34,706 bases of DNA from Octopus bimaculoides. Its lineage: Eukaryota. A program made the position numbers and the translations under genes. How positions within the stretch are numbered: the stretch's first letter is position 1; the number at the start of each line of letters is the position of its first letter. This document shows positions 11,101 to 22,546 of this stretch, piece by piece. Under the pieces are notes generated by a model. That model was not told where the DNA came from. It did not search any database and saw nothing but the letters and a program-made list of their open reading frames with translations. The stretch lies in assembly GCF_001194135.2 (NCBI RefSeq), contig NC_069005.1, positions 12,738,726-12,773,431 of the forward strand, given 5' to 3'.

Positions 11101-12639
11101 TATGCTAATAGACTTTGTGAAAAAAAGTGGACAAGTTGTCTAATCCTTTGATATTGACTGTATTGCTTATTTAATTTCATTTCTGTTTTCCGTGACTCTA
11201 GTTTCACTCCATAACGAGCCTCAAGCCAAAACACGCTTCTTTCAGTATTTCTGTTCATTTTATATATATTGAAGCGAGTTCATAACTTTTTTCTATAATT
11301 TTTCTTTCCATCATTTTGCTTATTAATGAGTTGTTTATCATGTCGTTTCATTTGGCAATTCTTTGATTGCTCGAATTTTATTTTCCTCTCCATTGTTGTT
11401 TCTTTATTATGTCAAACCCCGTTGTCCTGAAGTTGCTCTCCTCGAAATTTCTGTCCGTTAATCGATAAATATTAACAAGCTCACTGGTTATTTTATATCA
11501 GACTATTACTTGATTGAAAAACATTAGTTTAGCATACACCATGTTTTGCAACCACTAATTGTTCTCCGATAATTTATGAGACAGTTCATTGAATATCCCA
11601 TTGCCCCTCTTCGTAACGGCGTTTATATTATGATTCTTTAAGGTCTGAAGCCGGGTCTTTCTGCGACACGAACTGTTTGTTTGTATCTGATGACATTTAA
11701 GATAAGAACAGTGGTTGTTTTTATTTATAATTTATATTTATAGATCATTTGTCTGACCTTGTCATCCTGAATCTTTCTGCAGAAATTGTATATCTGCATA
11801 TCGTTTATCACTGGCAATTCCTATAATTCTCGTCACTATGATTTCTTCATATATATATATATATANNNNNNNNNNNNNNNNNNNNNNNNNNNNNNNNNNN
11901 NNNNNNNNNNNNNNNNNNNNNNNNNNNNNNNNNNNNNNNNNNNNNNNNNNNNNNNNNNATAAGAAGGGATGACCACTAGGTGGACATCCAATATGCTAGA
12001 AAGAGCTCATCAACGACCCAACCATAAAAGAAAAATTATGTTCTCCAGAAAAAAATTCAGCAAAACACCAGAGCGTAGGCAGGCAAGACAAAATGAAAAA
12101 TATATAAAAATAAAGAATTAATTGTGTACCGGTTTCCCCATCAACTGTTTTTTTTTTTTGTGGTTAGTCAGCACAATCGTTCAAAGATCAATATAATTTG
12201 CGGAACTATACACGAATTGTCTTCATATTTTTATATGCTAGACGACTCGTTTTAAATTGAAATTAATATTCAATTTATCACCCTCAGTATATGAATATAT
12301 ATATATATATATAATTCCAAAATGTAACTACATGTGGATTGTTGGCGATTTTTATCCTCCGTCTTGCTTTTCTCTTGGACTTTCCTCTGTCCCCTATTTC
12401 TGAAGAAGATCTGTGCTCGAAACGTAAAAAATCCTTTGTTTCCTTCCCTGAGCGTCTTTTAATTATTTTCATGGACCACGTCCTCACGTTTTTTTTTTCT
12501 TGTTTTATTTTTCCTCCGTTTTGTGGGAATTAACTATATATATATATATATATATACAAGTGAGGGTGGATGAAGATATACATATAGACGCATGTACGTG
12601 GGTGTAACGGGCGCGCATGTGTATGTATAGAAAGATGAC

Positions 12640-12790
12640 AGTGTGCCACACAGCAGGTGTCAAAGTTATCTCAAAGCAACGTGAGATGAACTATTTTGCT
12701 CAAGAACACAACGCACCATCCGGTCTAGGAATTGAAATCATGATCGTTGCATCGTGAATGCAACACCCTAACCATTTGGCCACGAACCCG
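12640..12790 (-). mobile_element. SINE family C 5' part
   Basis: Reverse complement gives GTGGCCAAATGGTTAGGGTGTTGCATTCACGAT...TTCAATTCCTAGACCGG...TTGTGTTCTTGAGCAAAA, with A-box and B-box-like motifs; matches 21558-21660. Confidence 0.8.
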
Positions 12791-13103
12791 CATGGATTTA
12801 TATATGAATCTATTTGTATTTGCGTGTGTGAATATGTATATATATGAACATAAATATACATGTATATATGTATACATACATACATATATGTGTGACTGTG
12901 CGCGTGTCTGTGTCTGTGTGTGTGAGTGTGTGTGCTTGTGTGTGTTCGTTTGCGTGTGTGTGTGTGTGTGTGTGTCTGTGTGTGTATGTGTGTGTGTGTG
13001 TGTGAGTGTGAGGGCGCGCGCGTAAGCCTGCCTCTACACAAATATTAATATCTATCCTTGCTTTCTTTACACATCATTATTACTCTTCGGTATCTTAATT
13101 CAG

Positions 13104-13212
13104 ATCTTTCAAGCGATTGACACGTGGATTCAAATGGGAATGCTATGTATTATTAATGAGAAACGTTATCAGAAATGTGTTGATGCGTATCACAAAGCTT
13201 CATGTCCGAATG
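13104..13212 (+). CDS. Candidate exon 3 (109 nt, phase 0 to 1): IFQAIDTWIQMGMLCIINEKRYQKCVDAYHKASCPN
   Basis: Pyrimidine-rich acceptor ending CTTAATTCAG|; donor ATG|GTAAAA. The open frame matches exon 2 and exon 4 phases. Confidence 0.72.
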
Positions 13213-13356
13213 GTAAAACAGATATTTGGATGCCAAATTCAGAGCAATGTAAACATCCTAATGTCAAAAGATATATTCTGGGAATACGAAAATCTAGCAT
13301 CGTAAATACGATAAGAATATTTCATAAACTCACAGAGTGTCACATATGTGTACATA

Positions 13357-13724
13357 ACTCCTTTAACTCTTTTACCCGTTTCAATCATTTGACCTCAAGA
13401 CTTATACTTTGTAAGACTAGTACTTATTTTATCGGTTTCTTTTGCCGTACCGCTAGATTTCGGGGACATGTACACACAAACATCGGTTCTCAAGCGATGG
13501 TGGGGGTACAAACACTGACACAAAGACACAAATACATAAATATAGATACATATATATACACGACGGGTTTCTTTCAGTTTCCGTCTACCAAATCTATTCA
13601 CAAGGCTTTGGTCGGCCTGAGGTTATAGTAGAAGACACTTACCAAAGATGCCAAGCAGTGGGACTGAACCCGGAACAATGTGGTTGGGAAGCAAGCCTCT
13701 AAGCACACAGCCACGGCTGCGCCT
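13357..13724 (-). mobile_element. SINE family B, near full length with a 42-bp internal deletion
   Basis: Collinear with 21892-22546; the head reads GGCGCAGCCGTGGCTGTGTG on the minus strand. Confidence 0.9.
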
Positions 13725-14254
13725 AGCAAGCTTCTAACTACAGAGCCACGCTTGTATGAACATACATACATACATACACACATACATACAAACATACATA
13801 CATACATACATGCATACGTATATATGCATACATATATAAACATTCATACATATATATGTATATATNNNNNNNNNNNNNNNNNNNNNNNNNNNNNNNNNNN
13901 NNNNNNNNNNNNNNNNNNNNNNNNNNNNNNNNNNNNNNNNNNNNNNNNNNNNNNNNNNNNNNNNTATATATATATATATATATGTATGTATATATATATA
14001 TGTAATATGTATATATATATGTATGCATATGTATACATTAATTAAAATTCATATATTTATGTATATTAATATTCCTACTTACATGAGTATATGTACGTGA
14101 GTATCCAGATATATACATACATACGTATATATGTATGTGTGTGTATTTGTATACATATACATATATATATATCTGTATATATATGCATATGTATGAGTAT
14201 ATATATATGTATATACACATACGTAAATATATGTATATATATATATATGTATAC

Positions 14255-14288
<34 letters not shown>

Positions 14289-14329
14289 TGTGTATGCATG
14301 TTCGTCTCTTTCTATATATCTGGTACTCC

Positions 14330-14369
<40 letters not shown>

Positions 14370-15597
14370 ATCTGTGTGTACGTGTATATGTGGGTGTCTT
14401 TTTAATTTTCCTCCTTTGTGCCTTTGATTATATAGAGTAAATATTTCGGAGGAATAGTGCATCGATTTTGATTATATCTGATGAAATATTATGTAATTCA
14501 ATCAAGCGTTCCCGAGCTGATTCTGAAAACGAGGTCAGGGGTGATAACGAGGCTCATCTGGATTCCAAGGTTTGATTGAATTTAATAGTAGAAAGTACAT
14601 CGCATTCCCCGACCCCAACCAGGAAGTTAATTGTACAGTCATACTGATTTACTAATATACTTATATTGCTTATTTTCTTTCTTTTTTTTTTACTCTCTTA
14701 AAAGATATTTCTCATATAGAAATGATACTGTATTTGATAATTATCATTTTGAGGATTACAAAAACACAAGAAATATGTATGCCATTATGGAGTCTGAGCT
14801 GTGTGTGTNNNNNNNNNNNNNNNNNNNNNNNNNNNNNNNNNNNNNNNNNNNNNNNNNNNNNNNNNNNNNNNNNNNNNNNNNNNNNNNNNNNNNNNNNNNN
14901 NNNNNNNNNNNNNNNNNNNNNNNNNNNNNNNNNNNNNNNNNNNNNNNNNNNNNNNNNNNNNNNNNNNNNNNNNNNNNNNNNNNNNNNNNNNNNNNNNNNN
15001 NNNNNNNNNNNNNNNNNNNNNNNNNNNNNNNNNNNNNNNNNNNNNNNNNNNNNNNNNNNNNNNNNNNNNNNNNNNNNNNNNNNNNNNNNNNNNNNNNNNN
15101 NNNNNNNNNNNNNNNNNNNNNNNNNNNNNNNNNNNNNNNNNNNNNNNNNNNNNNNNNNNNNNNNNNNNNNNNNNNNNNNNNNNNNNNNNNNNNNNNNNNN
15201 NNNNNNNNNNNNNNNNNNNNNNNNNNNNNNNNNNNNNNNNNNNNNNNNNNNNNNNNNNNNNNNNNNNNNNNNNNNNNNNNNNNNNNNNNNNNNNNNNNNN
15301 NNNNNNNNNNNNNNNNNNNNNNNNNNNNNNNNNNNNNNNNNNNNNNNNNNNNNNNNNNNNNNNNNNNNNNNNNNNNNNNNNNNNNNNNNNNNNNNNNNNN
15401 NNNNNNNNNNNNNNNNNNNNNNNNNNNNNNNNNNNNNNNNNNNNNNNNNNNNNNNNNNNNNNNNNNNNNNNNNNNNNNNNNNNNNNNNNNNNNNNNNNNN
15501 NNNNNNNNNNNNNNNNNNNNNNNNNNNNNNNNNNNNNNNNNNNNNNNNNNNNNNNNNNNNNATATATATAAATATATATATATATATATGAATGTAA

Positions 15598-15838
15598 GGC
15601 GCACCACCTTGAATAATTTTTAGTCGAATATATCGACCTCAGTACTATTTTTTAAAGCCTAGTACTTGTTCTATCGAGCGTTATCGCCCAACCGCTAAGT
15701 TACAGTTGTCAACCGGTGGTGGAGACAAACACACATCCACATACACATGAAAATATACGTGTGTATATGACGGGCGTCTTACACTTTCCGTCTAGCAAGT
15801 CCACTCACATGGCATTGGTCAGCACCAGCCTATAGTAG
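15598..15838 (-). mobile_element. SINE family B, central/3' fragment
   Basis: GCACCACCTTGAA...TAGTCGAA...TCGACCTCAG...CTAGTACTTGTTCTATCG...TTTCCGTCTAGCAAGTCCACTCAC. Confidence 0.75.
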
Positions 15839-15864
15839 GTGAATTTTGTCTTTCATGCTTTCGG

Positions 15865-15975
15865 AGCCGATATCATAAGTACTGCTAATACACTGAGGTC
15901 AATGTAATAGACTCAGCCCCCACCCCACATCCCACCCCGAAATTACTGGTCTTGTACTAAAATTTGAAATCAACA
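15865..15975 (+). mobile_element. SINE family A, 3' fragment
   Basis: ATAAGTACTG...CACTGAGGTCAATGTAATAGACT...AAAATTTGAAATC. Confidence 0.65.
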
Positions 15976-16321
15976 TTTAATTTCTTAAGCCATATGACGT
16001 ATAACAGCATTTTTCTGTTCTGCTGAAAATAATAATTTTCCTGCATGTATATATATCCTATAAAGTTGTGTAACCTAGTGGTTAATGCGTTTAGTTCACA
16101 GTAAAATGTTATTTATAAGTTCGAGTCTTGGGTTGGGGTACACGTTGTGTGTATAGGGAAGATGATTCATTCCATGTAAAACCCGTCCACACGACTGAAA
16201 AATGTGACGGACTAATGTCCTGTTTAGTGGAGACAAAGTTTTCTTATCCCAGTTGCTTATAAACCAGGAAGACCAGCATAAAACCACCACGAAAACCAGC
16301 ATAAGCTCCAGCCTAATGTAG

Positions 16322-16558
16322 TTTCTTATTTCCATATTGCCCACAAGGGGCTAAAGATAGAGGGGAAAAACGAGGACAGACAAAGGGATTAAGTCGATTA
16401 TACCAACCCTAGTGCGTAACTGGTGCTTTTTTTATCGACCCCGAAAGGATGAAAGGCAAATTCGACCTCGGCGGAATTTGAACTCAGAACGTAACGGCAG
16501 ACGAAATACCGCTAAGCATTTCGCCCGGCGCGCTAACATTTCTGCTAGCTCGCCGCCT
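16322..16558 (-). mobile_element. SINE family A, full length, tRNA-derived
   Basis: Minus-strand head AGGCGGCGAGCTAGCAGAAATGTTAG (A-box-like) and GAGTTCAAATTCC (B box, 16473-16485), then GCCTTTCATCCTTTCGGGGTCGATAAA. Confidence 0.9.
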
Positions 16559-16756
16559 GATGTGTCTTGTAGTTTCAAGACAAGCTTTAAGCTTTAACCG
16601 CATGAAAACACCGCGATATCAGTGTAGTTAGGCATGTAGATTATACATTTCTAGATTCTAGTAGGTGACTTTTCTGGATATGTTTCTCAAGTTCAACAAG
16701 TAATAACAGTGCCAGTAATATACTGAGGGTTAATTGTGGTTGCTTATATGCCACGT

Positions 16757-17020
16757 AAGGCACGTGGCCAAGTGGTTGCGATGTCGTATTCACAGTCGGA
16801 AGGAAACGGTCTTGCTTCCAAGGCCGTGTGGTTCGTTGTGTTTTTAAACAAAGCTTTTCATTTCGAGGTGCTTCGGTCCACTGGAGCTGTAAATGAGTGA
16901 CTCTGTAGACGACTTTCGTCCAGTCAGGCTGGAATGTTGACATCCTGGTCACGTACGCGCGAAGTAAACCGGATGCCTGACTCTGTAAGTCGTGGGACTC
17001 GAAACAGTGGTTTCCAGGAT
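16757..17020 (+). mobile_element. SINE family C, decayed, followed by (GAT)n
   Basis: GGCACGTGGCCAAGTGGTT...CGTTGTGTTTTTAAACAAAGC...GTCCACTGGAGCTGTAAATGAGT. Confidence 0.65.
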
Positions 17021-17038
17021 TTGATGCTGCAGCTGCTA

Positions 17039-17040
17039 CC

Positions 17041-17081
<41 letters not shown>

Positions 17082-17205
17082 CGACGATGATGATAACGAT
17101 AAAAACGATGACAATGATGACGATGATAACCATGATCATGATCAGCTGCTACTGATGATGATGATGATGATGATGATATGATGATGATGATGATGATGAT
17201 GACGG
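17039..17205. repeat. (GAT)n microsatellite, partly interrupted
   Basis: Directly visible. Confidence 0.95.
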
Positions 17206-17706
17206 TGGTAGTGGTATTGATATTGATAATTGTATCACGCCCTCTATACTTAAACTACATTGTTTTGTACATCGTTAACAAGGATTATATTTTATAGAAC
17301 AAAGCATTGCTTTGTGTATAATGACATATTTACAGAGTTTGGAGGGGGGAAAGCAGTTATTAATAAGACATTAAAAAAAGTATTGAGTGCAAGGTGCACT
17401 AACTGAAACTAAATGCATTTTGCATAACATATTCGTATTAAGAGATNNNNNNNNNNNNNNNNNNNNNNNNNNNNNNNNNNNNNNNNNNNNNNNNNNNNNN
17501 NNNNNNNNNNNNNNNNNNNNNNNNNNNNNNNNNNNNNNNNNNNNNNNNNNNNNNNNNNNNNNNNNNNNNNNNNNNNNNNNNNNNNNNNNNNNNNNNNNNA
17601 GGAGGAGGATAACAATAATAATAACAGCAAGGACATTAAGAACATACTAATGAGGTGTAGGTTACATAGACTAGAAGAACAAAAGCAAAAACACGTACGA
17701 AAGACA

Positions 17707-17750
<44 letters not shown>

Positions 17751-17930
17751 ACAGAGGAAGGGAGAGTGAGAAAGAGAGAGATAGAGAGAGAGAAAGAGAG
17801 TGAAAGTGAATGAGTGAAAGAGAAAGTAGAGGAAAGGTGTGGAGTGAAGGAGAAAGCAGAAGAGATAGAGAGAGCTGCGCTCGATGGTACATTTAGTAAG
17901 ATACCTAGATCCTGGATTAATAATTTCTCA

Positions 17931-17963
17931 TAGAAGAAGAAGAAGAAGAAGAAGAAGAAGAAG

Positions 17964-17995
<32 letters not shown>

Positions 17996-18023
17996 GAAGA
18001 AGAAGAGGAGGAGGAAGAAGAAG
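17931..18023. repeat. (GAA)n microsatellite
   Basis: Directly visible. Confidence 0.95.
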
Positions 18024-18095
18024 AACGTACACAAGTTCTAGAGGAAGAGGTTAAAAGCTCTACAGGAAGAGAGCCAACGCTCTACGGGAAGAGTA

Positions 18096-18749
18096 GCCAG
18101 GATGAGGCATTGAATACCAACTCAGTGTAAAGGGGCATATACCACACAAGTGCAACGAACCTCACCAGAATGTGTGGTAAGAGGGTCGAAAGAGTGACTC
18201 ACATTGTTAGTACCTGTGAAAATCTTGCGCAGATAGAGTACAAGCACAGACATGGCAAAGTAGTCCAAAACCTTCATTGGCTACTATGCTGGAAGTACGG
18301 ATACGAGGTAGCATGGACTTCCAGACACACAAGGTGTTAGAGTACCGAAGACCGGACATAGAAATCTTTAGGAGGGACAAACAAGAGTGCCTGATAATTG
18401 ATGTGGCAGTGCCAGAAGATCACCATATCATCATGAAAGAAAGAGAAAAGATTGATAAATATGGAGACCTGGGAATTGAGATCACCAAGATGTAGCAGCT
18501 ACGAGAGTTAAACATAAAGATTGTCCCTGTTGTTATCGGAGCATTCGGTTTAATAATACCCAACCTAACGAATCAACTGGAAACTTTAGATATACCCTAT
18601 AATCTAGGTACATTACAGAAGTCGGCATTACCGGAAATTGCACGCATATTGCCTAAAGAACTGTCAGTCTGGGGTGCTTGTTGTGACTTGGCAGATAGTA
18701 CAAACCCGCAGTACAAACATTACGATATTGAATACTGAGTGACGTCTTA

Positions 18750-18806
<57 letters not shown>
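18096..18806 (+). mobile_element. R4/Dong-like non-LTR retrotransposon 3' end 1, with (TAA)n tail
   Basis: Translates as DEALNTNSV*RGIYH...RMCGKRVERVTHIVSTC (CCHC knuckle remnant)...LHWLLC, then after a frameshift RRPDI...IIDVAVP...KIDKY (PD-D-K restriction-like endonuclease)...KIVPVVIGAFG...LQKSAL. (TAA)n at 18748-18806. Confidence 0.9.
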
Positions 18807-18807
<1 letters not shown>

Positions 18808-18942
18808 TATGGTACCCTAGGCATAACACCGACATGAACTTCTAACTTGTTGTCTCTTGAGGTCTCTGGGTGAGACTTGGATCCAACTTGTACAAATGCA
18901 AAACAAAAGTCAAACATAAAATAATAATAATAATAATAATAA
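18807..18942 (+). mobile_element. Short putative retrotransposon 3' UTR fragment with (TAA)n tail
   Basis: About 110 bp of non-coding sequence between two (TAA)n tracts. I recall it as an Octopus LINE 3' end; not searched. Confidence 0.55.
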
Positions 18943-19746
18943 AGAAAAAGCATGGAAGCCAAAAAATGTGTTTGCAAGAGATGTGAACGCGAAAACAGAT
19001 GCAGAGGATCGTTGGCTATGGATGAGGAAGGGTTACTTGAAAATAGAGACAGAAGTACTCATGCGCGGCTCAAGAACAGCTTTAAGGACCAACTATGTGA
19101 AGTGTAGAATAGACAACACTGCCGACAGCGACAATTACAGAATGTGTGGTGAGAGGGGTGAAGCGGTATGGCACATCGTTAATGAGTGTCCGAAATTGGC
19201 ACAACGCGAATATAAAAGACGGTATGACAATGTGACAAGAATGATCCATTGGGGGCTCTGTGGAAATCACAGCCTACAAAGAACAAAGACTTGGTTTGAG
19301 CAAACCCCAGAAGGAGTCATCGAGAATGAGGATTGCAAAATCCTGTGGGATGCAATGATTCAGTGCGATCACCTGACCAGACATCGGAAACCGGACATTG
19401 TTGTGGTGAATAAAAATGGAAGAACATGCATGATAATCGACATAGTACGCCTGGGTGAGAACAGGATCAATGTGAAAGAAGAAGTAAAAATAAACAACTA
19501 TGCCGAATTGAAATGGGAAATAGAAGGTTGTGCTCAGTGAAGAGAGTAGACGTGATACCAATTGTAATTGATGCTGTTGGAATTATCAGCATTCAACTAC
19601 CAGCATGGCTAGAAAAGATTAGTGCAAGTGGGAAGGTACAACACCTTGAAGCATGACCAGTAAACAAGTGTCACCTTAGTGTGCTGGCTGTGGACGGCTG
19701 ACCCTTTCCATCATATCTAACAAAATAAGCTGCGAGTTTTTAACAC

Positions 19747-19811
<65 letters not shown>
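18943..19811 (+). mobile_element. R4/Dong-like non-LTR retrotransposon 3' end 2, with (TAA)n tail
   Basis: ORF 18968-19540: ALRTNYVK...RMCGERGEAVWHIVNECPKLAQREYKRR...KILWD...HRKPDIVV...IIDI...KINNY, continuing RVDVIPIVIDAVG...QHLEA*. (TAA)n at 19747-19811. Confidence 0.93.
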
Positions 19812-19812
<1 letters not shown>

Positions 19813-19943
19813 GTTTCAAATTTTTCCGCATGGACAGCAATTTGGGGGGAGGGGATGAGTCGATTACATCGACCTCAGTGTTCAACTGGTACTTATTTTA
19901 TCGACCCCCGAAAGGATGTAAGGTAAAGTCGACCTCGGCGGAA
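19808..19943 (-). mobile_element. SINE family A, 5'-truncated, tail-to-tail with the LINE
   Basis: TGGTTTCAAATTT...GTCGATTACATCGACCTCAGTGTTCAACTGGTACTTATTTTATCGACCCCC-GAAAGGATG-AAGG-AAAGTCGACCTCGGCGGAA. Confidence 0.9.
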
Positions 19944-19949
19944 AATAAA

Positions 19950-20165
19950 AAGAAGAAGAAGAAGAAGAAGAAGAAGAAGAAGAAGAAGAAGAAGAAGAAG
20001 AAGAAGAATCCTTCCTCCCTTAGGCACAAAATAGTAATATTGGTATTGATAATGACGACGAGAAACGCGGAGGAGAAGATGATGGTGGTGATGGAGACAG
20101 TAGCTCTAGTGATGATTATGTCGATGACGATGATGACGGTGGCAATGATGACGATGACGATGGTA

Positions 20166-20204
<39 letters not shown>

Positions 20205-20240
20205 GTGTAGGTGGTGGTGATGATGATAACGATGACTATG
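19950..20240. repeat. (GAA)n (19950-20008) then cryptic (GAT/GAC/GGT)n
   Basis: Directly visible. Confidence 0.9.
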
Positions 20241-20852
20241 TTAGGTGTTATGAAGGAAAAGAAAAACAAAACAACACTAATTAGTCGGGTTGACTATCGA
20301 TTTCCTCTCGTAGGATCAATAGCTTCATCTTGTTTATTACCCTGGCGTTCGTATATTTAGTTACTTGCCATGTTGTTGTTTTTTTTCCTTTTCCTTTTTA
20401 GCTTCGTTCTATTTGTCGCAGTGGTAATAATTCTATTGTTGAAGAATAGCAAAGAAAACAAAAAAATAACAGTAATAATAACAATAATAATTTTAATAAT
20501 AATATGAGGAAATGTAAAAACAAATACGAAACCAAAAGAAAAAATTCTATAAACTGAATCGAGAAAGATAAAGATAAAGAAACTATCTTAGTGAATGTTC
20601 CAAAGAAGTTGTTTTACTACAGCTGATTGTATGAAATTCTATTCAACGTTCTTCGTTATTATCTTGTAATGTTTCTCTTTCTGTCTTAGTCTACCGTAAT
20701 AACCCATAGACTTAGCGGTGTAACAATAGATACTACGTCTTGAAATTGTTCTTCTAAATCAAGCTATCAGAGTGGATTAGAAAAAAAACTTAATAAAATA
20801 GACAATGGATAAAAAATATTAAAAAGGAAAAAAACAAACAGTAGAGCTTCTA

Positions 20853-20859
20853 ATTGTTG

Positions 20860-20891
<32 letters not shown>

Positions 20892-20975
20892 GGTGGTGGT
20901 AATGATGTCGCATTTGTTAATGCTCATGTTGCTTTTTTCTCGACGAGCATGACGATGATGGAGGTGGGAGTAGTT

Positions 20976-21036
<61 letters not shown>

Positions 21037-21174
21037 CAGCAACGATGACGACGCCGACGGTGATGATGAGGACGACGAATACGACTATGATGACGACTAC
21101 GATAATGCGGAGGAGACAGAGGTTGATGACAATGAGGACGCCTACAACGGCAGTGATGATGATAATGATGACGG

Positions 21175-21225
<51 letters not shown>

Positions 21226-21280
21226 CGACGATGACAATGGTGCCCACGACGACGACGATGATGATGGTAATGATAATGCT
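20853..21280. repeat. Compound trinucleotide tract (GTT)n(GGT)n...(GAT/GAC)n
   Basis: Directly visible; source of the poly-Met and poly-Ile pseudo-ORFs. Confidence 0.95.
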
Positions 21281-21557
21281 TAACCCCAGGTCATTTCAGA
21301 ATCCAGTAGCACGACCCGTCCTCCCCCAATGCATTCCAGTCTAGTTCTTCCTTTTAAAGAAATCTTACGAGTCAATAACATATAAATGATTCCTTTACCA
21401 ATTCATGACAGAAGAGTGTTAGTGTGACTGTAGCTGCCCATTCTTGTGGGTTGGAACAAACGTAAGAACGGCTTTCTCATTCGCTTATCAAAATCTGCGC
21501 GAAGCAGCGATTGTCTGCGTCACAAAAATTTATATTCCCCCCAACGTAAATAATAAA

Positions 21558-21800
21558 TGGTCAAATGGTTAGAGCGTTGCACTCACGATCGCGAGATCGT
21601 GGGTTCAATGTTTGGACCGGGAAGTGTATTGTGTTCTTTATTCAGCAAAACACTTCAGATCACGTGACTTTGCGATCACTGCAACAGCTGACGACGCGTG
21701 GTGCACCGTGCATCTATACAAGCAACGTCAAACTTGATAGGTGGGAGAATGAACAAATATACAGTAGAAATATTTGATCAGTAAAAAAAAGATCATCTGT
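21558..21800 (+). mobile_element. SINE family C copy
   Basis: ATGGTCAAATGGTTAGAGCGTTGCACTCACGATCGCGAGATCGTGGGTTCAAT (tRNA-like A/B boxes), then TTGTGTTCTT...GCAAAACACTTCA. Confidence 0.8.
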
Positions 21801-21803
21801 GAT

Positions 21804-21891
21804 CAGGAGCGGCGCAGGAGCGGCGCAGGAGCGGCGCAGGAGCGGCGCAGGAGCGGCGCAGGAGCGGCGCAGGAGCGGCGCAGGTGCGCCG
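21804..21891 (+). repeat. 11-bp GC-rich minisatellite (CAGGAGCGGCG)x8
   Basis: Seven perfect units plus one variant (CAGGTGCGCCG), running directly into the SINE B head CAGGAGCGGCTGTGTGG. Confidence 0.95.
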
Positions 21892-22546
21892 CAGGAGCGG
21901 CTGTGTGGTAAGTAGCTTGCTTACTAACCACATGGTTCTGGGTTCAGTCTCACTGCGTGGCACCTTGGGAAAGTGTCTTCTACTATAGCCTCGGGCCGAC
22001 CAAAGCCTTGTGAGTGGATTTGGTAGACGGAGACTGAAAAGAAGCCCGTCGTATATATGTATATATATNNNNNNNNNNNNNNNNNNNNNNNNNNNNNNNN
22101 NNNNNNNNNNNNNNNNNNNNNNNNNNNNNNNNNNNNNNNNNNNNNNNNNNNNNNNNNNNNNNNNNNNNNNNNNNNNNNNNNNNNNNNNNNNNNNNNNNNN
22201 NNNNNNNNNNNNNNNNNNNNNNNNNNNNNNNNNNNNNNNNNNNNNNNNNNNNNNNNNNNNNNNNNNNNNNNNNNNNNNNNNNNNNNNNNNNNNNNNTGTA
22301 TGTATGTATGTATATGTATGTGTGTGTTTGTGCATCTGTATTTGTCCCCCCAGCATCGCTTGACAACCGATGCTGGTGTGTTTACGTCCCCATAACTTAG
22401 CGGTTTGGCAAAAGAGACCGATAGAATAAGTACTAGGCTTACAAAGAATAAGCCCTGGGGTCGATTTTCTCGACTAAAGGTGGTGCTCCAGCATGGCCGC
22501 AGTCAAATGACTGAAACAAGTAAAAGAGTAAAAGAGTAAAAGAGTA
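21892..22546 (+). mobile_element. SINE family B, full length, CORE-like
   Basis: Head with GGCTGTGTGGTAAG and GGGTTCAGTCTC (A/B-box-like). GGCACCTTGGGAAAGTGTCTT resembles the CORE-SINE motif GTGACCTTGGGCAAGTCACTT. Central TA/TG microsatellite (gap) and (GTAAAAGA)n tail. Possibly one of the published octopus OK/OR1/OR2 families; not verified. Confidence 0.92.

Noticed and set aside
13213-13628. Continuation of the 164-aa ORF 13134-13628
   Set aside because: It runs past the exon 3 donor into an antisense SINE; only 13104-13212 looks coding.
14507-14569. Exon-like RSRADSENEVRGDNEAHLDSK with donor AAG|GTTTGA
   Set aside because: Poor acceptor, and the phase-1 frame needed at this position has a stop.
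16473-16558. tRNA genes at the A/B-box motifs here and at 12640, 21558 and 21892
   Set aside because: No full cloverleaf; each continues into a SINE body, so these are tRNA-derived heads.
16317-16576. TGTAGTTTC on both sides of the full-length SINE A as a possible TSD
   Set aside because: The right copy is offset by about 9 nt from the element end, so it cannot be called a clean TSD.
20949-21344. Poly-Met ORF, or poly-Asp in another frame
   Set aside because: It is a (GAT)n microsatellite with no splice or homology support.
21804-21891. Short GC-rich repeats here and at 29361 as CRISPR-like arrays
   Set aside because: Contiguous tandem units with no spacers, no cas genes, and an animal genomic context.
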